A stretch of 64,000 bases of DNA, from sequence record OR545507.1; one strand, written 5' to 3'. The notes below the pieces were generated by a model that was not told the origin of the DNA, did no database searches, and worked only from the letters and a program-made list of their open reading frames with translations. Each line of letters begins with the position of its first letter. Position 1 is the stretch's first letter. Position numbers and translations under genes: made by a program. Positions 21,464 through 29,200 of this stretch are shown piece after piece.

Positions 21464-21904
21464 TTATTGTAAAACTTTAAGTTTGTAAAGTGTTCCTTCA
21501 ACAAAACTCATAATATCTTCTAATGTGTTTACACTGCCGTAATCACCCGATTCTTCAAGCATATCATGAATTGCTCTGCATTGCTCAACATATTCTTCAA
21601 GAATTGGTACACAATCTTCAATTGGTGTAAAACGATAACTATTACCAGTCCCAACTTGCAAAGCACCACGATTATTCATGATACCTTCAACAAATGCGTC
21701 TACATATTCTGGTAATTCTTTATATAGTTCATCTAATTGTAAATGCTTTGTATAAAAATGACATTGTAAGTGCCAGTTATGTGCAGCAGAACTTAAAAAC
21801 AAACTATTTTCAATAAAAGTTAATAGTACTTCATCATATGAATTATCTTCTTCAGTACTTCCGATAAAGTCCATTACGTGTCGTAAATCATTAATATCTT
21901 CCAT
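21464..21904 (-). CDS. Dps/ferritin-like protein
   Basis: AHNWHLQ...YTKHLQLDELY...VDAFVE Dps-type ligand pattern. Confidence 0.75.
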   Translation of the reverse strand: MEDINDLRHVMDFIGSTEEDNSYDEVLLTFIENSLFLSSAAHNWHLQCHFYTKHLQLDELYKELPEYVDAFVEGIMNNRGALQVGTGNSYRFTPIEDCVPILEEYVEQCRAIHDMLEESGDYGSVNTLEDIMSFVEGTLYKLKVLQ

Positions 21905-21936
21905 AATATCTCTCCTTAGAGTTATTCTCTTATTAT

Positions 21937-22365
21937 TTAGTTAATAATAAAGGTAATTTCAGGATTCATTTCCGAAACTGCATTGCGTTTACTTCTATCC
22001 CATAGTATTCTGTTATTATACAAAGAAGAATCACATACTACAAGTAAGCAATTTCTTAATCTACTTACAGTACTTTGATTATTTAAATCAGTTTCTGAAA
22101 TAAAAAATACATTTTCAGGAACTACTAAAGGAATAGATTTATCAAAAAACAAAACTACAATAGGTCTTGTTGTATGAACTGATTTAACGAAATCCAAAAT
22201 ACTATTATAAAAATTAGTTTCTTTAGTAATTACTGACGGATCTTTAATTCTTTTCAAATATTGCTGTGGTAATTGATGTTCGTCTTTTATCTGAAACTCA
22301 AAATATTCTTTGAATAACATTTGTGTTAATTCGGATTTATCGGATATTTTCGTTGTGTTACTCAT
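21937..22365 (-). CDS. Hypothetical protein
   Basis: 142-aa ORF. Confidence 0.6.
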   Translation of the reverse strand: MSNTTKISDKSELTQMLFKEYFEFQIKDEHQLPQQYLKRIKDPSVITKETNFYNSILDFVKSVHTTRPIVVLFFDKSIPLVVPENVFFISETDLNNQSTVSRLRNCLLVVCDSSLYNNRILWDRSKRNAVSEMNPEITFIIN

Positions 22366-22504
22366 TCACTTCGTTCTCTCGTAACTCAAGAAGTCACTGC
22401 GTTTACTTCGTAAACTAGTTCCTTCTGAAAATGATAATGTACTTTAAAAACTTGACGGGATTTGTTGAGGACTATTACATCCCCCCGCAGGGGAATGAAG
22501 GTAA

Positions 22505-22530
22505 TAAAAAAGAGACAATTAAGTCTCTCT
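22505..22530 (-). terminator. Rho-independent terminator closing the candidate ncRNA
   Basis: AGAGAC-ttaatt-GTCTCT followed by T-run. Confidence 0.75.
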
Positions 22531-22567
22531 TGACGATGATGGCATCGGATATTATCGAATTGCGAAT

Positions 22568-22749
22568 TTCTCAAATTTTGGACGGATCTTTCTTGTACCA
22601 AAATTTAGAGAGCGAAAGCGGGTTGCTCGGTTTCTCTCTATCGCAGTCATATGCAACGGTCGCTGGTCTTTTCATCAACAGCACTCAGTACTAACTCTAT
22701 TCGATCAAAGTAGTACTTGTTCTCAAATTTTGGACGCAACTTTCTTGTA
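22568..22749. repeat. 30-bp direct repeat, 2 copies (22568-22597 and 22720-22749), 28/30 identical
   Basis: TTCTCAAATTTTGGACG(G/C)A(T/A)CTTTCTTGTA. Confidence 0.9.
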
Positions 22750-23026
22750 AAAATTGCGTCCGCTATTCTTGAACTCCCTTAGCAAATCTGGTAAGGTGCG
22801 AACCTTATACATCTATCTAGGAACTCTCTGTATGCTTATCGGAGTTCTTTATACAGCCGTGTCGCCGTGATTCGTGGTCTTACATCGTGTTTGTTTGAAT
22901 GCCAGTACTCTAACAGGTTTCTTCTGCTGTTCGCTACAACGGTAAAGCTCATCTATCCTTTACATTTTCAAGAGAAGTAGGTTCTCAGTGTCCATTTTTC
23001 AATGTCCGTTGTCATTTTCTATATAC

Positions 23027-23054
23027 ATTATATCATTGGAACATATAATGTCCC
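23027..23054 (-). promoter_or_regulatory. Promoter GGGACA-16-TGATATAAT with an inverted repeat over the -35
   Basis: ATGGGACATTATATGTTCCAATGATATAATGT; near-copy at 48244-48272. Confidence 0.7.
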
Positions 23055-23055
23055 A

Positions 23056-23454
23056 TTACATGTATACTTTTTTTAAATCCTTAGAACAACGATCAAAAAT
23101 TGTGTTTATGAATTCAACATCTTCGATAATATTCGAATCGTTAGCAACATTTTCATTTCTTGTCGTGTTCCTATATGTGTGTTCAGGATGATTGTATACC
23201 ACCTTGACTACATTATTTAGGTCTATAAAATTTGACGTTTTTTGCGTATAGGAAGCCTGAAGCTTGATGAGTTTACCATCATTCTCAAGATTGGTTTTAT
23301 GAATTAGTTCTTCAATGCCAGTTAAATGGCTATAGCTATCTTTTTCTTTTACAAAAGTAATAGTAACAAGAACTGCTTTCTCATCTCCCATATCGGAAAT
23401 GTTTTTTACAGCACTGATAATTTCTAAGTTTGAAAAATCTAATTCTTTAAGCAT
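23056..23454 (-). CDS. Hypothetical protein
   Basis: Likely ATG at 23454 (MLKELDF), directly after the upstream stop. Confidence 0.6.
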   Translation of the reverse strand: MLKELDFSNLEIISAVKNISDMGDEKAVLVTITFVKEKDSYSHLTGIEELIHKTNLENDGKLIKLQASYTQKTSNFIDLNNVVKVVYNHPEHTYRNTTRNENVANDSNIIEDVEFINTIFDRCSKDLKKVYM

Positions 23455-23455
23455 T

Positions 23456-23812
23456 TTACAAATATTTCCACAAAGTTCGATAAGTGATAATTTCTTCTCT
23501 GGTAACAGAAACTTCATTGCACTTAACACCATCAGTTTCAGTACTGAATGGTTGTACTGGTCTATCTTCTGTTAAACCTCGTTCATAAGTACAATGATAA
23601 AACTTATTTGTGCTCATGTCAAGAAATACGAGATCAAATTCTTCAGTCCACCTTCTGTGCCCTTTGCTTTCATTGCAGATGATTTTATATTTTACATCTG
23701 GTTTAAAAGTTTCAGTACTGTCATCCCATGCACCATAGTCAGTATATTCATCATTTTCATCTAACTCTGCTAGATGCCACATTAATTGTGGTAAAAAGAT
23801 TTTAGATTTCAT
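23456..23812 (-). CDS. Conserved phage hypothetical protein
   Basis: GHRRWTEEFDLVF...YERGLTE. Confidence 0.7.
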   Translation of the reverse strand: MKSKIFLPQLMWHLAELDENDEYTDYGAWDDSTETFKPDVKYKIICNESKGHRRWTEEFDLVFLDMSTNKFYHCTYERGLTEDRPVQPFSTETDGVKCNEVSVTREEIITYRTLWKYL

Positions 23813-23825
23813 TTATTTTCTCCAA

Positions 23826-23853
23826 AAAAAAGGACTTGAATACTCAAGTCCCT
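23826..23853 (-). terminator. Rho-independent terminator
   Basis: GGACTTGA-gtat-TCAAGTCC plus T-run. Confidence 0.8.
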
Positions 23854-23864
23854 ATAATATCATA

Positions 23865-24476
23865 TCAATCATGTTTATTCAATTTCTTCTGTTCTTTTTT
23901 CAAAGCTTTCATATGACGACCAAACTCTCGAACATGCCATAGATGATCGGTTTCCCATAATTCTTGACGTAACCTACGTTCTTCTAGTAGTTTCGACTTG
24001 TCAATGTTATTTTTCTTTTTTTGTACATTAAAGAAATTATTCATATGTTCTTGGAGAAGATTACGACCTTTAACTTTCTCAAGAAACTCATCAACTGTTT
24101 CAGTTTTATTCGAACGTAGTTGATTACATCTGGAGCACATAGTATTAAAGTTTGACTCTAAATCAGGTCCACCCTTAGATGCCAGATGATTATGGTCAAC
24201 TGTCATTAAAACTTCATAAAGACCACATACAGCATATACATTTAAATGTGGTTTACCATATACTGGATCAGAACATAATGAACGTTCAATGCGTACTTCA
24301 GTAGCTTCAATCCCACATGCCACGCATTTTGGATTCTTAACAAAAGTAAGAACTTTTTGTGGGAAATATCGAAAAGTAATACCATTTAAAGTGTAGCGTT
24401 TCATCTTAGTACTTCGTTGATTTAATTCGTCAAGAAGTGATAATTTTGTCGTATAGTAAACATGATATTTGTTCAT
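23865..24476 (-). CDS. HNH endonuclease-like protein
   Basis: CVACG...TVDHNHLASKGGPDLESNFNTMCSRCNQLRSNK; AAGGA RBS before ATG at 24476. Confidence 0.85.
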   Translation of the reverse strand: MNKYHVYYTTKLSLLDELNQRSTKMKRYTLNGITFRYFPQKVLTFVKNPKCVACGIEATEVRIERSLCSDPVYGKPHLNVYAVCGLYEVLMTVDHNHLASKGGPDLESNFNTMCSRCNQLRSNKTETVDEFLEKVKGRNLLQEHMNNFFNVQKKKNNIDKSKLLEERRLRQELWETDHLWHVREFGRHMKALKKEQKKLNKHD

Positions 24477-24477
24477 T

Positions 24478-24786
24478 TTATTCCTTGATATTGATTTTAA
24501 TATCTTTACCTTGTAAATCACGAATAGTTTTAATCAATGCGTCGTGTTTTAAAGCACATTCATTGTAGACTGCATCCCAACGAGTAAGTACTTTAAGAAT
24601 TTCTGCACCATCATAACCTTTAAAACCATTTTTGTCAATCATAATTTTTTGTGGTAGAGGTGTATCATCATCACATCTTTCTAACAGAATTTCTTGTTTA
24701 ATTGGTGCGGGGGATTGTAGTTTTACTTGCTCGGCACACCCACTTATAATTAAAAAAGAAATCATTGGAACTAATAATTTTTTCAT
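24478..24786 (-). CDS. o-spanin (Rz1-like lipoprotein)
   Basis: Lipobox ISGC; Pro-containing; downstream of the i-spanin. Confidence 0.8.
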   Translation of the reverse strand: MKKLLVPMISFLIISGCAEQVKLQSPAPIKQEILLERCDDDTPLPQKIMIDKNGFKGYDGAEILKVLTRWDAVYNECALKHDALIKTIRDLQGKDIKINIKE

Positions 24787-25157
24787 TTGAATTTATTCCT
24801 CGCTGCTTGAGAATTTTGTTTTAGTTCATTCAGTACTTTTACACCATCTTCATCTAAACATACATTCTTATAAACTTCACGTTCTACAATAAAAGGAACC
24901 TTTGTTTCAATAACTTTAGCATTATCTTCCATGATTTTTTTAGTTTCAAGGTAATTTTTTGCATTTTCTTGTTGCATTTTATCCAAGGCGGTATCAACTT
25001 TTTTAGCTATTTGTTGCTCTATGCTTTGTTGATATCCACTGTAATAAGTATTAGCTTCCCAACCAGCATAAGCTGAACCGCCAATTAATAATACAAAAGA
25101 AATTGGTTTCCAAAATGGAATAAGAATTTTTGAAACAATTATTTCTAACATACTCAT
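24783..25157 (-). CDS. i-spanin (Rz-like)
   Basis: N-terminal TM, coiled coil, VYKNVCLDEDGV. Confidence 0.8.
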   Translation of the reverse strand: MSMLEIIVSKILIPFWKPISFVLLIGGSAYAGWEANTYYSGYQQSIEQQIAKKVDTALDKMQQENAKNYLETKKIMEDNAKVIETKVPFIVEREVYKNVCLDEDGVKVLNELKQNSQAARNKFK

Positions 25158-25210
25158 AATAATATCTCCTATAGTTGATGATATTATTTAGAGTATACAA
25201 TTGTATAGTT

Positions 25211-25630
25211 TTACAACATTTTTTGAATATGTTCTACTAGTTCATACAGCTTCGTTTCATTATTCTCGAACTTTTCATCAACTTCAACATTGAATTTTTC
25301 TTCTAGTTCCATGACCATTTCAATCCAATCAAGCCAATCAAAATTGAATTTTTCTTCGACTTCCAATTTAGTAAGATTGAAGTTCGCTGATACCTCATTC
25401 TCTGATGTATCACAGTAACGAGTAGTGATGAATTTGACAATTTCTTTTTCAACATCGTTTAATTCACGAGTTTGATATTCGGGCTGAAGATACCACCATT
25501 CTCCCTTATTAATAGATTCCAATTCTTGTTTGATTTCATGCATTACTTTATAACGGTCAGTACTTTTATCAATAGAATTTACTTCTTGGTTCAATACATG
25601 TAGTGCATTTTTAATACGTTCATTTAACAT
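25211..25630 (-). CDS. Acyl carrier protein-like domain protein with Ser-to-Trp at the phosphopantetheine site
   Basis: C-terminal FDWLDWIEMVMELEEKFNVEV vs ACP consensus DSLDxVELVMxLEEEFxIEI. Confidence 0.75.
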   Translation of the reverse strand: MLNERIKNALHVLNQEVNSIDKSTDRYKVMHEIKQELESINKGEWWYLQPEYQTRELNDVEKEIVKFITTRYCDTSENEVSANFNLTKLEVEEKFNFDWLDWIEMVMELEEKFNVEVDEKFENNETKLYELVEHIQKML

Positions 25631-25643
25631 TTTATCACCTTAT

Positions 25644-25673
25644 AAAAAAAGAGAACTCCATATGAAGTTCTCT
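25644..25673 (-). terminator. Rho-independent terminator
   Basis: AGAGAACT...AGTTCTCT hairpin plus T-run. Confidence 0.7.
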
Positions 25674-25674
25674 G

Positions 25675-25703
25675 ATTATACATAATTACTTTTTCTATGT
25701 CAA
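25675..25703 (-). promoter_or_regulatory. Consensus sigma70 promoter TTGACA-17-TATAAT
   Basis: Perfect match with TG extension, upstream of the ACP-like gene. Confidence 0.85.
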
Positions 25704-25704
25704 G

Positions 25705-28494
25705 TTATAAATCACGGAAACGATTTGGTGTGTTTAAGCGGTACATTGAGTATAATCCCAATCCACGCATAATCTCACCTGCCCAGAAACCAAAAAACAT
25801 ACCATTATCAGTACCTTCTCTAACTGCTGGACTCCATGAACCATTCATTGGAGAACCTGGACTTACAATAACATAGTTCTTTTGAAGTTCGAGAACTAAG
25901 TTATCAGCGAGTGTTGTTAGACCTTCTATTTTACATCCAGCCAATCCAGCAGCACAAGCCCCAGCTAACCACAACCCACACATATGACCTGTAAAGTCCC
26001 AATCTGGACCTTCAACTGTGCCATCTTTATTGAAGATTGTTGGTGAACGACCATCATTATCTTTTTGAAATTGAATTAAAAAGTGAATCCAATTCTCACA
26101 AAATTCAACAAGATCTGCTGGTGGTTCAATTCCTCTCTCTGCGAGTTCTTGCCATGCTCTGGCAGCCCCAAAGAACGCACGTGGTTCATACCCACTCCAT
26201 GCTTGATCACCCCAATGTAGCATAGTAAATGTATCTGGTTCACCATATTTTAAGTTATCCCAGCGGTTCCAAACATATGCTTGTGCACATGGACCAACAG
26301 TACCGAATTGTTGAGTAAACCATGTTTGAGAATCTTTCATAAAGCTTAACATGTTGCCTAAACGTGTGTTATCAACTGGTTGGTCTTTAAAACAATATAT
26401 CACAGGATATTGATAACCTGGATACGGTAAACCACGCCATCCTGAATACTGGTTCGCATACGGGTCAGTGATGTTAGAAAATGGTATTGTTCCTGGTGTG
26501 TAATGCAATGAGTTTAACAAATAATCCTTGATTACACAATCCCCTAACTGTGCAGTATATGGTGATTCACCTGCAATTGTTATTGAAAATGTCATAGTAT
26601 AGTCATCACCGTCAGCATCCGTGTATAATTCTGGAATGTCATTAATACAATACCAATCAATTATTGCAGCAACACCATCTACTGGGGTTGTATCAGGTAA
26701 AATAGTAATATCTTCTAGTTCACTATAAACTGGTGCATCTGGTCTTGGGTCAGAACTTGGATGATTTGGCTGATACCCAGATAAACGTAATGTATCGGAA
26801 CTTAGTGTGATTGTAGTCCATTCCCCGTGTGTTGCAGGAATCATCCACCACCATCTCCAACCATTATCATCTACAATTCTTATATTGTAATCATCTTCAT
26901 ATGAACGATAGGTAAAAGATTTAACTTCAGACTTATTTGTTGCTAATAGCCAAAATCCAATAACAGCACCATCATCTTCACCACAAACTAACTGATTAAT
27001 GGTATCGCGGCGTGTAACTAATATATCAGTACTATATATCATTTCGGACGTAGCTGCACCATAAGGAACAACAATTCTACTATCAGCAATTATATAAGGG
27101 GAACCATCTGCTTTCTTTTCTCTAACAAATGCACTTAAAGGTGTTAATGAATGTGTGATATTTTGGTCTTTACTTTCCGGTAAGCCACAACGATAACGAA
27201 CAACATCATGGTCATTTTTTGTTTTTGACAATTCCAGTACTGGTTTAAATGATAACGGCTTACCATCATCACATACACCACCATAGTCTACAAGTAATTT
27301 AGAATCAGCATTGACCCTGAACCAAATAGCTTGTTGTTCCATAGTACTTTGTGCACTTTGGTCTTGCCTGATAGTAATATATCCTAGAGAATTTCTACCA
27401 AACTTAGCAATAGCATCACTAGGATAAAAATATTCATAGGAAATACCATCAGTGAATGGTGTGGTTACAATTGTACTTTGTCTGAAAAATTTATCTCTGG
27501 AGTCAATATCACCATAAGCATAACACGTTAGTAGTGAACATTTCCAACCCAAATAATGTTTTCTTTCTTTTGTTATTTTATATAACAAATAAGAAGCATC
27601 ACTAAACCATAATTCTGCATCTGATGCGTTATCAGCAAATTCCAAATCAATTGGAACATGAAGAGGGCGGTTGTGTTGCATTTCATTTCGTTGAATTATC
27701 ACACCACCATATTCTACTGGTTGACGATTTGCAAAATTTAATTTATATACACCATTAATTGTTGTATTCTTTAATTGAACAGTTCCTTTTTCCGATTCGT
27801 CAAAACCTTCTGCTAAAATATTACCATCCCAGTCGATTTTTCTACCCATGAAATCGATAATCCAGTCAACATCATATTGTTCACCTGGTGTATCCCAATC
27901 AACACTACCATCTGGTAATAATGCTTTTACTGACGCATTTATTTGGTTCCATGCTAAAGCACCTTTGAATGCAAATGTTACTTTATCCAAGAACTGACCA
28001 TAATAAGGTGCACCATGTGGTATTTTACATTGTCCATTTGTAAATGTAAATTCTACACCCTTGAAACCACCATGTGTAGGCCATCCATCATCAGCTAAAG
28101 GCCAGTTAGCCAATATAGGTTCTTTGGCATTAACTATCCAGTTACATTGTAGTGGTGTAGGTGGATCTGGTAATTCACGTCCAGCATAAAAGTACTGATG
28201 ATATGCGTCCCAATACCACTTTGCCTTATCTAAAAACATTGGATCATTTGTTGCCAGATACGCATAAATGTATCCTAAAATTAATAGACTTTGACCTTCT
28301 GTTGTCCCGTCACCGTTTGGTTGACCTTCCATTGCAGAATAGTTAATAAAATGACGGTTGTTCGCCAAAACACCCTGATTATTCACCACATAATGTTGTA
28401 CTGTTGGATCTATAGTATCACCAGTATTTCTTTCAATAAACTTATGATGCCCATAAAGAAGTTGTACTATATTATCAATATTATTGTTTAACAT
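25705..28494 (-). CDS. Large GH8-like (alpha/alpha barrel) glycoside hydrolase with insertions
   Basis: GTTEGQSLLILGY and NASDAELWF resemble the BcsZ/CelA motifs TSEGQSY and SASDGD. Confidence 0.65.
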   Translation of the reverse strand: MLNNNIDNIVQLLYGHHKFIERNTGDTIDPTVQHYVVNNQGVLANNRHFINYSAMEGQPNGDGTTEGQSLLILGYIYAYLATNDPMFLDKAKWYWDAYHQYFYAGRELPDPPTPLQCNWIVNAKEPILANWPLADDGWPTHGGFKGVEFTFTNGQCKIPHGAPYYGQFLDKVTFAFKGALAWNQINASVKALLPDGSVDWDTPGEQYDVDWIIDFMGRKIDWDGNILAEGFDESEKGTVQLKNTTINGVYKLNFANRQPVEYGGVIIQRNEMQHNRPLHVPIDLEFADNASDAELWFSDASYLLYKITKERKHYLGWKCSLLTCYAYGDIDSRDKFFRQSTIVTTPFTDGISYEYFYPSDAIAKFGRNSLGYITIRQDQSAQSTMEQQAIWFRVNADSKLLVDYGGVCDDGKPLSFKPVLELSKTKNDHDVVRYRCGLPESKDQNITHSLTPLSAFVREKKADGSPYIIADSRIVVPYGAATSEMIYSTDILVTRRDTINQLVCGEDDGAVIGFWLLATNKSEVKSFTYRSYEDDYNIRIVDDNGWRWWWMIPATHGEWTTITLSSDTLRLSGYQPNHPSSDPRPDAPVYSELEDITILPDTTPVDGVAAIIDWYCINDIPELYTDADGDDYTMTFSITIAGESPYTAQLGDCVIKDYLLNSLHYTPGTIPFSNITDPYANQYSGWRGLPYPGYQYPVIYCFKDQPVDNTRLGNMLSFMKDSQTWFTQQFGTVGPCAQAYVWNRWDNLKYGEPDTFTMLHWGDQAWSGYEPRAFFGAARAWQELAERGIEPPADLVEFCENWIHFLIQFQKDNDGRSPTIFNKDGTVEGPDWDFTGHMCGLWLAGACAAGLAGCKIEGLTTLADNLVLELQKNYVIVSPGSPMNGSWSPAVREGTDNGMFFGFWAGEIMRGLGLYSMYRLNTPNRFRDL

Positions 28495-28495
28495 G

Positions 28496-29123
28496 TCATA
28501 CTCCTGCTCTAATCAATGCACCGTACCATGTAACTCCTTTATCGTATGTTTCTAATGAAATAATATCTTTTTCACCAATTTCATAAGAAAGAACAACTGG
28601 TCTATTATATGACCATTTAACATTAGATCCCCAATTAACGAGGTTAGACCCTGTTTGCTGAGTTAATAGGATAGTAATTGAATAAACTTCAGTAGGAGCA
28701 GCACCAATAGCAATAGTGGTATTTCTGTCAGATAAATTAATATTAAAAACTGTATTACCTGATAGGGGATTAATTAAAATATTATTAGAACTCAATACAT
28801 TATATAATTTGTTACTAGCACTATCATACAATGTTACCCATTCTGTTTCATGATTCTCATTAGTAGCTTTAGCTTTTATTTTTACATTATTTTCGGAAGA
28901 AGTCATTCCAGTCCAGCCAGAAATAATAAAAGAACTGTTTTTATTTGTTCCAAATGATGCAATTACTGAATCACTAAGAGAACTATCTTCACCGTCAATA
29001 GATCCGAGTACTGACAATGTTAAAACCATCATTTTTAATGTCTACACCAGTTGCACCTGAAAAATTATTTTGAAATTTAATAACTCCGGTAGTGTGGATA
29101 TCTGTGAAAATTTGTTGTGCCAT
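28496..29123 (-). CDS. Tail-fibre-associated structural protein, +1 frameshift at about 29006
   Basis: AAGGA RBS and ATG at 29123 (MAQQIFTDIHTTGVIKF); joins GSIDGEDSS... if one C is skipped; C-terminal WGSNVKWS...DIISLETYDKGVTWYG. Confidence 0.6.
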
Positions 29124-29152
29124 ACTTAATCCTTGCGTTAATTTATATTGAG

Positions 29153-29160
29153 TATTTATT
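29153..29160 (-). promoter_or_regulatory. T4-type late promoter AATAAATA
   Basis: Upstream of the 29123 gene and the GH8-like gene. Confidence 0.55.
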
Positions 29161-29200
29161 GAGTATAATGGCATTTTTAGTACCATTATACTCATGTATG

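Larger units (their letters stand above)
22505..23021 (-). ncRNA. Candidate structured non-coding RNA, about 510 nt
   Basis: Promoter at 23027-23054 and terminator at 22505-22530; no credible ORF; higher GC than flanks; several hairpins, an H-type pseudoknot and a 30-nt internal repeat. Confidence 0.6.

Noticed and set aside
22386-22694. 71-aa minus and 87-aa plus ORFs within the non-coding region
   Set aside because: No ATG/RBS support for the minus ORF, which runs through the terminator; no motifs; best read as chance ORFs
22568-22749. 30-nt repeat as a CRISPR mini-array
   Set aside because: Only two copies, 122-nt spacer, no cas genes
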